Below are positions 46,631 through 57,970 of a DNA stretch of 64,000 bases, piece after piece; position 1 is the stretch's first letter; each line of letters starts with the position of its first letter. The notes beneath the pieces were generated by a model that made no database searches, was not told the origin of the DNA, and was given only the letters and a program-made list of their open reading frames with translations. The DNA comes from Mitosporidium daphniae (lineage: Eukaryota). The DNA lies in assembly GCF_000760515.2 (NCBI RefSeq), contig NW_013546400.1:1-64000 (forward strand), read 5' to 3'. The position numbers and the translations under genes were made by a program.

Positions 46631-48769
46631 CTAGGAAGAGGCAAAGCGGCGTTCGCCGCTAATCGAAGACCGTGCAAACTTCTTACGCTCATTGGCATCG
46701 AGGAACTGCTTACGTAACCTTATGCTTTTAGGTGTAACCTCGATCATTTCGTCATCTAGGTGCAAAAATTTAAAGTCAACAATACCTGCAACATACGCAA
46801 TAAAGTCTTCAAGCGAGAAAGCTCTCGGCGGGGCCAGACGAATGGCCTCATCTTTGCTGATGGCGCGGTAGTTTGAGGTGGTCTTTGTCTTTGCAGGATT
46901 GACATCAATATCGTGGGACCGGCTGCATTCGCCAATCACCATTCCAGGATATACGGGCTTTCCTGGGCCTACAAAAAGCGTGCCCCGGCCTTCGAGCTCT
47001 CCAAGAGCAAAGGAAGTGGTGATGCCCTCAGCCATGGAAATCAGGGCACCCTTCCTGGCGCACTCAATGCGCCCCTTAAACGGCTCATAACCGGAAAAGG
47101 TGTGGTTTATAACACCTGTTCCGTGAGTATCATTCTTGAATTCCGAATGGTAGCCAAGAAGGCCCCGCGTAGGGATCTTGAAGATCAGGCGGGACTTTCC
47201 AAGTGCTTCTGAAACCCGGAGCAACTCGCCTTTACGTCGAGTGAGCTTATCGATGATGACACCTGTGTACTGTTCATCCAAGTCGATAGTAATTTCCTCA
47301 ACGGGCTCTAGCTTGACCTCCCCCCCATCTGAATGTTGTTCAGTCTTGAGGAGAACCTTTGGCGGTGAAATAGAAAATTCAAGCCCTTCTCGCCGCATTG
47401 TTTCTATAAGGATGGCAAGATGAAGCTCCCCTCGCCCATAAACCTCGACAAAGTCCGTGTTGGCGGAAGAAGAGCCCGTAGAGACCACATTAAGTGCCAC
47501 ATTTGTTTCGGCCTCTTTGCGAAGACGCTCTGCCAACTGCTGGCAAGTCGCTGCCCGTCCTTCTCTTCCGGCTAGTGGTGAAGAATTTGACGAGAATAGA
47601 ATTGAAAGCGTTGGTGGATCGATTGGATCCCACGGAAGAGCTTCTGTGACCTCTGGTGCACAAATGGTACTGTTGACGGTAGCAGTGCAGACACCGGAAA
47701 TGGAAATGATGTCCCCGGCTGCCGCCTCTTCAATAGGCACCTGAGAAAGCCCCCGACGGATAAAGAGGCGAACTACGCGGGCTTCCTCTGTGGAGTTTGG
47801 CTTGGAGGCCTCTGGCGTGATCACTTTGATACGGTCATTAAGACGAACCGTGCCATGCTCCACTTTGCCAAGGAAACATTTTCCCACATATGCTCCAGAT
47901 TCGATGTTGTTCACCAACATCGAGAACGGCCGAGATCGGTCTCCCAAAGGAGGGGGCACATGTTCGATGATCTTTTTGAAGAGGATCTCCATTGATGACG
48001 GCCCATGCTTCCCAAAAAGCCTCTCCTTCAAATATGCAGATCGTGCTGAAAAGTCCATTGCCGGGGTATTCTTGATGGCTTCTAATAGAATGGAGGATGG
48101 ATTGATCTCGGTTGCCCATCCCTCCTTTGCAGAGGCAAACAAAATCGGATATGCCATTTGCTTTTCGTTTGCGCCCAACATGCAAAAGAGATCCAGAATA
48201 TCCGAGTCAACCTGGTCCGTGCGAGATGTTTCTCGATCGACCTTATTGACCACCACGATTGGCGCCAGACCGCGACGCAGTGCTTTGGAAAGCACAAACT
48301 TTGTTTGAGCCATTGGACCTTCGGTAGCATCAACCACCAGAGCCACACCATCTACCATCCCAAGAACGCGCTCCACCTCACCGCCAAAATCGGCATGCCC
48401 CGGCGTGTCGACAATATTGATGCGGTAGCCCTGATACTGCACACTGGTACTCTTTGAAAGGATTGTTATTCGACGCTCTTTTTCCAACACATTTGAATCC
48501 ATGCTGAGAATTCCATCTCCGTCTTCGCTGGCAGTGCCATTGGAAGAAGCGAGGGAGTAAAGAGCCCCGCTCTGCTTAAGAAGGCAGTCCACCAAGGTGG
48601 TTTTTCCATGATCCACGTGTGCGATTATGGCTAGATTTCTGATTTTGCTTTGATCTACAATGAACGATGACGATTCACAAGAGGATGTTGAAAAAAACCG
48701 CCCCACACGAACATGCTGCAATGGAGGTGCATGCGGAGCAATTCTAAACACCCGCCTAGCTTTAAACAT
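46631..48769 (-). CDS. typA: TypA/BipA ribosome-associated GTPase, probably mitochondrial
   Basis: [65 protein letters not shown]; Arg-rich, acid-free N-terminus; probable 30-nt intron at 46756-46785. Confidence 0.93.
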   Translation of the reverse strand: MFKARRVFRIAPHAPPLQHVRVGRFFSTSSCESSSFIVDQSKIRNLAIIAHVDHGKTTLVDCLLKQSGALYSLASSNGTASEDGDGILSMDSNVLEKERRITILSKSTSVQYQGYRINIVDTPGHADFGGEVERVLGMVDGVALVVDATEGPMAQTKFVLSKALRRGLAPIVVVNKVDRETSRTDQVDSDILDLFCMLGANEKQMAYPILFASAKEGWATEINPSSILLEAIKNTPAMDFSARSAYLKERLFGKHGPSSMEILFKKIIEHVPPPLGDRSRPFSMLVNNIESGAYVGKCFLGKVEHGTVRLNDRIKVITPEASKPNSTEEARVVRLFIRRGLSQVPIEEAAAGDIISISGVCTATVNSTICAPEVTEALPWDPIDPPTLSILFSSNSSPLAGREGRAATCQQLAERLRKEAETNVALNVVSTGSSSANTDFVEVYGRGELHLAILIETMRREGLEFSISPPKVLLKTEQHSDGGEVKLEPVEEITIDLDEQYTGVIIDKLTRRKGELLRVSEALGKSRLIFKIPTRGLLGYHSEFKNDTHGTGVINHTFSGYEPFKGRIECARKGALISMAEGITTSFALGELEGRGTLFVGPGKPVYPGMVIGECSRSHDIDVNPAKTKTTSNYRAISKDEAIRLAPPRAFSLEDFIAYVAGIVDFKFLHLDDEMIEVTPKSIRLRKQFLDANERKKFARSSISGERRFASS

Positions 48770-49033
48770 GCAGCGACAATAAAATTTCAACCAAATTAAA
48801 CGGCATTATTGCAACATTTAAATTTTATCCCTTCAATGCGCTGACAGACACATGTTTCAACGCATTGACATGCATGTTTCTTGCCTGCTAGTCTGGCCAA
48901 TTACTTTGATCAACTGACTGCATCAGTGGATTGCATCAACATGCTTTCCGAAAAAGGGAGCAGTAGATCGCCAAATTAAACTGCTTCAATGTTCATTCTG
49001 TCACCATGCATTTTTACCAGTGAGCCGGTATTC

Positions 49034-49651
49034 TCATTGCGAGCTTTCCAATACCAGGTCAATGCAAAAATTTTCTGCATTTTCAGATGGCCCCAAAAAG
49101 GCTGACCAGGCGCTTTTGCTGCTATTTTCACCACGCTCATCATAAACTGTATGCCAAGGGGCAACAGGCGACAGTAGCGACTCCATGTTTATTTCTCTAT
49201 TGGCGTCCTCACTTTTAAGCTTGACGACCACATAAAACGTCGTTGCCAACGGAGATTCTTTGTCTTTGTATCCCGTATCAAGCACTTTCAAAATCAATGT
49301 TTGCAACTTGGTTTTTACAGAGAGGAACTCTTTCTCTACAAGAGGAGCCGTCGGTGATCCGAACGATTTAATGAGCAATGAAAGCCTCTCCAAAGGCTCT
49401 TTTGCTTCCTTCGTACATTGGACAATGGTGAACGCGGACATTGAATTCGATTTCATCAGTCCCCCAATTGAGGCAAGCAGGGTTTGCAGATATCCGCACA
49501 GCACAGAATGTCTGCATCTCCACACGGGTGTGTCAAAGGACGTGGATTGCGCAAAGAACGAACTTGGATAGATGGATCTCGAATATAAAAAGCAGTGTAA
49601 CGACGCTTCAATGAACTCCATCAACATGGCAAAGGGAGCAGCGTGTTCCAT
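49034..49651 (-). CDS. REV7: HORMA-domain protein Rev7/MAD2L2 (DNA polymerase zeta subunit)
   Basis: EFIEASLHCFLYSRSIYPSSFF..PVWRCRHSVLCGYL and PLER motif. Confidence 0.8.
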   Translation of the reverse strand: MEHAAPFAMLMEFIEASLHCFLYSRSIYPSSFFAQSTSFDTPVWRCRHSVLCGYLQTLLASIGGLMKSNSMSAFTIVQCTKEAKEPLERLSLLIKSFGSPTAPLVEKEFLSVKTKLQTLILKVLDTGYKDKESPLATTFYVVVKLKSEDANREINMESLLSPVAPWHTVYDERGENSSKSAWSAFLGPSENAENFCIDLVLESSQ

Positions 49652-49804
49652 GATTTCCAGTAAAATTGTAAATTAAAATTAATTTGCAAAGCCAACAAAG
49701 TACCGGAGCATGTTGACTGACCAAAGATCAAGAACGCATCCCTACAATGGCATTCAATGTGCCTGAATATTGCTATGTTTGTTGTGATGCTTTAATAAAT
49801 ACAG

Positions 49805-50041
49805 CTACTTGGAATACTCCTCGCTTTGAATCCACACCGAATACAGCATCTTAACAATAATCGATAAAGGAATAGAACATCGCGGCTTTTTCTGCTGCTC
49901 AATTAGAAGATTATACAGTCGAGGATAGTTATCAGGCTGAAAAGCCTCCCTCAATTTTGAGTCGTCGATGGTTGATCCTCCAGCATGTTCAGCAATGCGC
50001 TGTGGCGGGCCATAACAGCCCAGTTCCGTGGTTAGGGTCAT
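49805..50041 (-). CDS. Hypothetical small protein (78 aa)
   Basis: ATG preceded by an AT-rich tract and CCC motif, divergent from SAM50; no family recognised. Confidence 0.35.
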   Translation of the reverse strand: MTLTTELGCYGPPQRIAEHAGGSTIDDSKLREAFQPDNYPRLYNLLIEQQKKPRCSIPLSIIVKMLYSVWIQSEEYSK

Positions 50042-50077
50042 TTGAAAGGGCAAAGAAATTAATTAAAATTCCGGTCC

Positions 50078-51466
50078 ATGAATGGAGAGTCACTTGAAAT
50101 TGGAAAGATTCGCGTCACTGGAGCCGACAGGACAAACCATGCGCTTTTGGTTGAGCTATTTGATCCCCTTTTTCAGTGCAAAAGTGTTTCCGAAATAAAC
50201 GAGGCCATCTCAAATATTGATGGCCAAATGCAGGCCTTTGAAATCACCAAAAAGCCTCTCAGTGTTTCGCTCGAATTTTCCTCTTCCAACCGTGGACCGA
50301 AAGTTCCAGTGAATCTTGTCGTTGCAGTCGATGAGAAGAGCCTAACCGCAAAGACAGGAACAGAATGGAGGCATAATGAAATAACCATGGTAGGACCTCT
50401 AGCTTGTTTATAATAAGAATGCTGGATGCTCCATCCATAATGTCTTTGGAAAGGGGGAAAAGATCGATGCAAGCTTTGATCTGGGCAAAGAGTACACGTC
50501 CCCATTCAATGTATGTCAACACCTCATAATTGCTAGTTTACATTTTCAAAGAACTTGTTTTTTGATCGAAACATTCAGTTTCGCACTTTTCTCTTTTCTT
50601 CAACGAACGAAAGAGAAAATCATCTGGTCAAAGAACACCATCGCTTTTGCCATCGAAGCTCCTTTTCCGTAATTTGGTCTTTTTCAACTAATTTATTAGT
50701 GGATCAAAGGCAGCTTCTCTCACATTTTCTCGTTTGGGTCTGTAGAAAGAACGCTCTCCGCCCCGGTCATCACAGAAGATGCAATATCTTCTTTCAAGTC
50801 ATCTATTGGTTACCTATTTAAATACGACACCCGCAACGATCCTCTTCTTCCCTCGTATGGGAAATATTTCCACGCATCCTCGGAATGCAGTTTACTTGAC
50901 CAGCATAGCGGCCTTACAGTGAAAAACGAACTGTCATCCCAGTTTCACTTCCCTGTATGGTCTAATCCGAATTTAGTAGGTCTATCCAATTTATTTAGAT
51001 ACTATCTCTTGGTGGCTGCTTTGGATTGATCTTTCCCTCACATGTTCCTCAAAACACGCTTTCGTTTATTGATGATAAATTTTTTTTAGGTGGACCCACC
51101 TCGGTCAGGCTTTTTCCTTTGAGGAGCTTGGGACCGCAAATCACAATGCCAGAGCCCCCTGGGAAAATATCTACCGGTGGTGATCTTTCCGCTGCATTTG
51201 GAGTTTCTTTCTCCTTTCCAATAGTGTCTGATCTCGAGTCCATCGTTCGGGGTCACATTTGGACAAATTTCGGGCATTTGTCAAACTACCATTGGAGAGG
51301 AGAAAACCTTTCAGGAATAAGTTTTGGTTCTGGCATCATCTTTAAGATCTTTAACATTGCCAGGTTGGAGGCAAACTTTGGCTGGCGCTTCACTGCAGAT
51401 AAAAGGGAGAGCCTCTCTTCTTCCTTTGTGGGCCCTTCACTTGGAATTAGCACCGAATTTCTGTGA
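50078..51466 (+). CDS. SAM50: Mitochondrial outer-membrane beta-barrel assembly protein Sam50 (Omp85 family; multi-exon)
   Basis: POTRA start IRVTGADRTN; YDTRNDPLLPSYG; DKFFLGGPTSVRLF..LGP; GGD; ARLEANF; C-terminal LGISTEFL. Confidence 0.88.
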
Positions 51467-51688
51467 TTAAATTAATAGTTCGCACCTGCAAAGATACGCA
51501 CTACGCTCCAATCATTTTCTGTCATTTGGACTCTCGCTCGCTTCCTCCCCTTATGTGCACAAACAGTTGCAAGGATTTGTCGAGATTTTAATTAATTAAT
51601 TAAAAAGAACGGTACACGTTTTACAAAGGAGAAGTCACCATTGCGGGCGGAGACAAATTGATGGAGTTTATTTATCTAGAAGGAGTTA

Positions 51689-52501
51689 TTAGAGACCCGC
51701 GAGGAAAGCGATGAGCAATAAGGTTCCTGTCAAAAAAGAGGAAACGAATGCATGGGAGGCGTCACTTTCTCTGCTCTTAATTTGACCAAGCCCTTTAGGA
51801 CCGGGAGCATCCTTAACTTTGCTCTTGGCACACTGGTCGATTGTGACGACTTTGTAGCCCTTCTCAAGAACATATTCAATGACATTTTCCGTGGCTGATG
51901 CGGAAGACGCGAGATAATCGCGCTGGACGGAAATGAAACCACCCTTGGTATTCGGCGACATTTTGTCAAGGGTTTGTTTATAGACACCGAGAATATCATC
52001 CTTGGAATAATCATAGGAGTCGATATTATACGTTGAAATGATATATCCTTTTGAGATGATTTTTTGCAGCTGCTCGATGCCGAGATCTTTGTATTTCGGA
52101 ATTCGCAGATAAACAGGTTTATATCCGACCACCTGTTTGATGATATCTGCACGAGCGGAAATCTCATCTAACAAATCTTCATCGCTGATGCCATTGAGTT
52201 CGAAATCCTCTTCAAGCGACAATCCAATTAGATGGCCCTCTTCAGCTGCACGCTGCAAGTTAGCTACAATTGCTGCTTCATTGAGAAAAGTGACTACTGG
52301 ATGAAATGTGGCTTTAACGTTAAGATTCCTCAATGCATCGAGGATATCTCCAGTGTAAAGACTTGGCCCCTGGTCAAATGTGAACGCAAAATATCCAGAA
52401 GGGCAGAGATTAACTACAGGATCTCTTGATGGGAGGGGAGCAGCAACTGCGCTTTGATAAAGAGCAAATGCCGAGATTAATGAGAGGGCTTTGAACTTCA
52501 T
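51689..52501 (-). CDS. Chitin/polysaccharide deacetylase-like (CE4/NodB) protein with signal peptide and GPI-type tail, probably catalytically degenerate
   Basis: FAFTFDQGPS, VKATF, EGHLIGL, YLRIP, IDSYDY, GYKVVTIDQC; hydrophobic N- and C-termini. Confidence 0.88.
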   Translation of the reverse strand: MKFKALSLISAFALYQSAVAAPLPSRDPVVNLCPSGYFAFTFDQGPSLYTGDILDALRNLNVKATFHPVVTFLNEAAIVANLQRAAEEGHLIGLSLEEDFELNGISDEDLLDEISARADIIKQVVGYKPVYLRIPKYKDLGIEQLQKIISKGYIISTYNIDSYDYSKDDILGVYKQTLDKMSPNTKGGFISVQRDYLASSASATENVIEYVLEKGYKVVTIDQCAKSKVKDAPGPKGLGQIKSRESDASHAFVSSFLTGTLLLIAFLAGL

Positions 52502-52829
52502 TATTTTGAGAAAGAGCCGAGAAAAATTGTTTATACATATCGTCTGTGTTGTATACATATACCATCTAATCTGTATCCAAGCATCTGATTTATTGATAAA
52601 CTAAAGGGGTTGTTATGCGATTTTCCCAACCTTTCATACCATCGCCATCACAATATCAATCAAAACAACAAAAAGTCAACATTTTAATAAAAAAATCGTA
52701 AATAAATAAATATTCTCAGAGGGAATTTAATAAATTTGGACTTCAATTTATTAAAATTCAATTCAAATTGGACAGGGCTGGACTAGATGAAAGGGCAATC
52801 TATCATCGTAATATGCAATATAAAACTCT

Positions 52830-53693
52830 CTAGATTTGAGCATCAAGATTGGAAAGCAATTGAACAAGACATTTTTTGGTAATGGCGTCGTCTGAAATTA
52901 ATGGGGCAAATGAATTCGTGCGGAGTGGTTCTGGAAGGCACTGCTTCAACGCATCTTTGGCCCTAATTAGACAATAAAAACCAAACTTTTACTTTGGATT
53001 TTCTGATAGCCGTAAATAACATCTAACAACGTGCTTCAGTAGACGAGTCGATGGCATTTCCACAAGTTGGACCGTTATGACATTTAGTACAGATATTAGC
53101 AGGTACAGGTGGTCATAGGACTGGCAAAGAAAAGATAGGCCATACTCGTCCAAGAGAGTTTTTTGAATGATGAAGATAGCAACTGTCTTGCAAAGCTCAT
53201 TTCCGGTCTCCATAATTCGCAAACAGATCGGAATGGCCTCCGTGTTAATAAGGAACTTAATAACATCCGAAGAGTCGTGCTTTACCAATGCTCCAATGAT
53301 ACCAAGCGACGTCAGTCGCAAATACTCGAATGGACGCGACCGAGAGGTCGAAGACAGAATCGGATATAAATAGAGTGGCAGTTGGGCCTGGATAAATTTT
53401 ATTCTTGTTTCTGAATGAGAAGCAAGACATTGCATCAGGGCAAGCGCGTTACAAACGCGGGTCGATATTGCTGCTGCAAGGGTTGACTGATTCAAAAGGG
53501 GGTATATCGATATAACCTCAAAAAGGAGAACCGAAACCACAGCCGGGTTCGACCAGAGGAGAAATGGAAGGGGTTCATATGACTCCCGTATCTTGCTCAA
53601 CTCTAAGAGGGAGTGATCTCGCTCCTTTGGGGCTATGAGCGACGAAATTAGAGATGAAACTTTTGATTCAGAAATTACGCTAGGGGAGGACAT
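52830..53693 (-). CDS. CAF40: CCR4-NOT subunit Caf40/Rcd1/CNOT9 (2 exons)
   Basis: RVCNALALMQCLASH, RPFEYLRLTSLGIIGALVK, RLLKHVVRCYLRLSEN. Confidence 0.96.
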
Positions 53694-53824
53694 CAAAAAC
53701 TGAAAATTAAAATTTGAATGTTCAAATTGGAAGTCGAGCTGTTGGGGGTTACAAAAAGGACTGCCTCAACCCTAACCCTCGTTTACAAGGCGACAGTTGG
53801 TCAAAGAGATCATTTATTGTGCAG

Positions 53825-54589
53825 CTATTTTTTGTTGATGACCTTCAACTTTATGGTTTCGTCATTTACAAAAATCCCTTTTCCCTTGTATGGTTCTGGC
53901 TTACGAATTGACCGAAGTTTGGCCGCAAAAATATGAAGCTGCTGCTTATCCACGCCTTTCATCTCGATTCTAGTGGGCGAGGTGCAACCTGCAGAAATGC
54001 CGGCAGGTATTGGTATTTGTGTGAAATGAGAATATCCAACCTTTAGAATAATTGAATTGTTTTCGATTCTTGCTTTGTATCCAATTCCAACCAGCCGTAA
54101 GATGACCTTATGCCCCTATAAAATGAGTGTTTGGAAAATAACCTCTGTGATTCCGATGGCAAAATTGGACAGGAGCTTTTGCGTAGTTCCCCACATGGAC
54201 TTTACAAATTTTTCTTGGTATTTCGTCACCTTTTGTCCAGAGAGAGATCTGTCAAGATCCAGAGACACAAAAAGCTCTTGTTCGCGTGAAGAGTCGGTGG
54301 AAAGTGTATCTGCACTTGCAGCTAGAGTAGGATCCGAATTTGTGTTCAACTTGTGACTAACGACCAGTCCTTTTACTATTGGGAAGGACACAGCACCAAG
54401 AGGGCCGTCCATTCTTACCAAGGTAGCATACTCGGTGCGCTTGAAAGTTTTAGAAGAGTCGTCAATAATGGGAGAAATCTCGATCTTAACACTGGCGTCA
54501 ACCAAAATTGGCTGCTTCCCAATAAATGAGTATAACCGTCGGAACCTTAACAAAGAAGATGCACAACTTGGCTTTGGTAAGAAGGTCAT
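53825..54589 (-). CDS. MRPL6: Mitochondrial ribosomal protein uL6m (2 exons)
   Basis: SFIGKQPI, WGTT, spliced LRLVGIGYKA..LKVGYSH..RKPEPYKGKGI; presequence-like N-terminus. Confidence 0.92.
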
Positions 54590-55176
54590 GCCCCCAAAAC
54601 TAAAATTTAAATTTGAAATTTGCCTAATCGGTACAGCTTTGCAAGCATGTTATACCATGCCATCCCACTAGCTACATAGCCTGCTGCTGGATGTTTTAAT
54701 TGATTCTGTCTTATAACCACAGTATCTTTATGAAATTTAATAACCATTTTTTGTTTATCTAAAATGCCATTTAATCATTAAGAGTCTAGACTAATGCCGC
54801 AATGTTAATGTGGACCAAATATACACGCGTCATTGTGATTTACGTCATCGATACCCTGTAGGTATTCATTGATCTCAAGTTTAAGCTTCAGAGAGTTTTA
54901 GAAAGAGCCTCTATTTGATAAGCAGTCTGTTTGATCGGGTTAAATTGATAACCTTTTCAGTGACCTTTTAACGCACTATTTCGACAACACGCAGCCAAGA
55001 TAGGAAAATTGGCCGGTAGTGTGTCTGGTAGTAATCAAATGAACCTCTTTTGGAGGCTCGACTCGTCTGGTAGACATGACATATTAAAGAGCCGTCTGAA
55101 ATTTGCTTGTTGGTGTTTCCTCAAAGTTTGGGTCGTTGGTGCATGTTCAAACAGCAAATAAACACCAGGCGGAGCA

Positions 55177-56257
55177 TTAAAAATCAAACCATTTATTAAA
55201 ATATTCACATTTGTATGGAGTAATTGGCCCCTCGATAGAACACGAAAACGAGACCTAAATTGTAAAATGGCGAATCAATAGTTGATTGTATACCGGACAC
55301 GAAAAGCAAGGCAACTTGGACAGAGGATTTTCCAGAGAAAACGGCCTTAGAACTTTGTACAAGTAATCGATATCTCCATCCTCAGAGGTGCTTCCAATGG
55401 TTTTTTCAATCCTTCCTGAATAAATTAGGGTATCTAGAATGTTTGAGATATCCTCAATCGACAATTCAATGTTAGATATTCCAGAATTGCTAATAAACAA
55501 ATGGATTTCATCCAAAGATGCATATCCATCATAATTAGAGGGGAAAACCACAGAGGGATCCTTGGGAACAGACTACAAATTAGACCCCAAAATCAGACTA
55601 CCTTGGAGGCGATAAATTTGAACGACGCTTTGCAGAGGCCCTCTATAAATTCCGAGTCAAGTTCATTGTCGCTGAACCAAGGACCACCTGTGACATCTAC
55701 CGATGGTTCAATATCAAATAGCATGTATACTTTTTTTGTTGTGTTCTACAATTAGAGCAGGCTCGAACCTTAATCGACTTGATGGACTTTACAAGCTTTT
55801 TTGACTCTAAAGCCTTTAGGATCTTTGTTAATACGTTCTGATGCAGATTCGTCTTCATCTTGAGGTCTTTGATCCAAATTCCTACAAAAACATCATAGTC
55901 GGTACCTTTGTTTCCAGAAGACTTGATTGTATGATAAGTGATTTTTTCTTCCGAGGATAGTTCGGAAACCCTATATGCGTTAGATAAAAATGTACAGCGA
56001 ATATTCGGCAATATCTATGAACTTGTATCGCAAATGTGCGCCATGCTTGTGGAATTGGATGACGCCCTAAAGTAAGGAATCACAAATACTTTAGAGGAAA
56101 GGGAATTGATCAGCTCAGCGACGTTTGCAATGGTCCATGTTGGAAATTCGGCAAATATATCGTCGTCGCCGATGCCCTAGAATAAAAATGCGGCCCATAC
56201 ATTGGGACACTTGACTCCGAGCTCGAATAGTAGTTTCTCATTTGTGGACAAGTCCAT
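55177..56257 (-). CDS. RPC34: RNA polymerase III subunit Rpc34/POLR3F (multi-exon)
   Basis: IKSSGNK|GIWIKDLK..LKALESKKLVKSIKS, EPSVDVTGGPWFSD, and C-terminal Fe-S motif PCFSCPV..C..ITPYKCEY. Confidence 0.92.
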
Positions 56258-56329
56258 TGAAAAAACCGTAATCCCATAATTGAAATTTTGGGTTGAACAT
56301 TTAAATTTACAAATCAGGCGCGACATTTT

Positions 56330-56461
56330 ATCTTTGCGCATGGGTAATCTCTATCAGTGACGTTTTAACGGAGGTGAGATTATTGCTAGTTGAAAACTAC
56401 CCCAATGCCCCGCTCTATGGCTTGCCATAGGGCAATTTTTGGAGGATTGTTTTGCCAATCC
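56330..56461 (+). ncRNA. U4: U4 spliceosomal snRNA
   Basis: 5' ATCTTTGCGCA (U4/U6 stem II), 5' stem-loop with GA/GA kink-turn elements, TGCTAGTTGAAAACT (stem I region), CCCCG, 3' stem-loop, Sm site AATTTTTGG and terminal hairpin GGATTG..CAATCC. Confidence 0.92.
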
Positions 56462-56612
56462 ATCACCTCAGTAATGATAAAACGATGTAGTTTCCGACCC
56501 GACAAAACGATATAGTTTACCAGTCAATAAAAGCATATAGCGTTATAAGCCAGCATCCCAAATTTGCGTTTCTATTATGGTTCGGTGCAGCCGTTTTTCC
56601 GTTTATTATTAA

Positions 56613-56975
56613 TCAGTGTAACGGCTTTACCCTAGCCTGCCTGGATAAACCTATCCTTTTTGTGGGTGATAATAGGACCGATTTAGAAGGTGAAAACTGG
56701 GACGTTATTTCCAGATCTTTAACTAAGGATGTGGTCTTGGGTGATTTAACATCAACTGCCTTTCGCCCTCTAGCAGCCACTTTGGGCTTGACAACTTTTT
56801 TTGGTGGCGCTTTTTTTTTTGAGGCTGCTCTGCTTGCAATTAGCCTGGATTTTAGAGACCCCTCGCCTGCTTCATTCCCAGAACTTTCTTGAGAGCCAGA
56901 CAATTCTGTCTCACTAGACGAATCGGTGTTGATTTCGTCGTTGTCGTCATCATCATCCATGGTCAACCTGGACAT
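56613..56975 (-). CDS. Small acidic/basic disordered protein with a C-terminal RAD51AP1-type RAD51-interacting motif
   Basis: Ends RIGLSRQARVKPLH, close to human RAD51AP1 RLGLSRLARVKPLH (comparison from memory). Confidence 0.7.
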   Translation of the reverse strand: MSRLTMDDDDDNDEINTDSSSETELSGSQESSGNEAGEGSLKSRLIASRAASKKKAPPKKVVKPKVAARGRKAVDVKSPKTTSLVKDLEITSQFSPSKSVLLSPTKRIGLSRQARVKPLH

Positions 56976-57032
56976 AAATAAAATAATTTATTTTGAAATT
57001 TTAATTTATGACTTTTTCAAAGGAGCAAACCG

Positions 57033-57374
57033 ATGATTTTATCAAGTACCTCCTTTTTTAACAATAGACAATGGGAGCTCAAAATGCATGAAAAGGAGCA
57101 ATCGGAGCTGAAAAAATTCGACACCGAATTGAAAAACATGAAGCTCAAATCGGAGGAGGAGTTGTCAAAAATAAATGCAGAATTGGAGAACAGCCCGACA
57201 GAAAAACCAGCAGATATCCTCCCCGCGGGTGGGGAAATTGAAAACGAGGATGGAAATCTTAACTGGCTAGAGATGGTCAGGCGGATTGAAGCAGATATTT
57301 CAGAGGGTAAGACCACGCTGTCGGAAGGTCAAAAATTCATGTTAGATTTGATAAAGAAAAAGTCGACGCAATAA
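57033..57374 (+). CDS. Hypothetical small coiled-coil protein
   Basis: 113-aa ATG-initiated E/K-rich ORF filling the gap between an AT-rich divergent promoter and NHP2. Confidence 0.55.
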   Translation: MILSSTSFFNNRQWELKMHEKEQSELKKFDTELKNMKLKSEEELSKINAELENSPTEKPADILPAGGEIENEDGNLNWLEMVRRIEADISEGKTTLSEGQKFMLDLIKKKSTQ

Positions 57375-57401
57375 ATAAATTGTCCCGAAATTTTATTTTT
57401 T

Positions 57402-57940
57402 ATGGGTAAAAAAATTAAAACCGAGTCTGCGGTTGCCTCTGAGGTATCGCCCACAGCTGAAAAAGAATCTTCTTGCGATGCTATTGTTCCCGGTACGTTG
57501 TCTCCGATAGCCCATCCGCTTGCAGATGCAAAGCTTTACAAAAAGATACTCAAGACCGTCACAAAAGGTATCCCGCGGTTTAAATCACCCATTAGCATCT
57601 AAATTCAAGGTTTGTAAGCGCGGCGTCAAGGAGGTTGTCAAAAGCATTAGGACGGGAAAGAAAGGGTACTTTACTGCCATTTTTTTCTAGGCTTGTAATT
57701 TTGGCTGGCGATGTCAGTCCAATGGATGTCCTCAGTCACCTCCCAGTTTTGTGCGAAGATAATGCTATTACGTACGTGTTTGTGCCTTCAAAAAGCGCCC
57801 TCGGCTTGGCCTCGTCGACTCTTCGTCCAACATGCTGCATAATGCTCCCAGAACCTGACTCCAAATCCAATTCCGAGTATATTTCATATTTCGAGGAAAG
57901 CCGTAACAGATGCAAAGATTTGTTGCTTAAAGCAAATTAA
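57402..57940 (+). CDS. NHP2: H/ACA snoRNP protein Nhp2 (L7Ae family; 3 exons)
   Basis: SPIAHPLA, KRGVKEVVKSIR, VILAGDVSPMDVLSHLPVLCED, RPTCC. Confidence 0.93.
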
Positions 57941-57970
57941 ACTTTTCCTTTTAAAATTTTGGTTGCCCAT

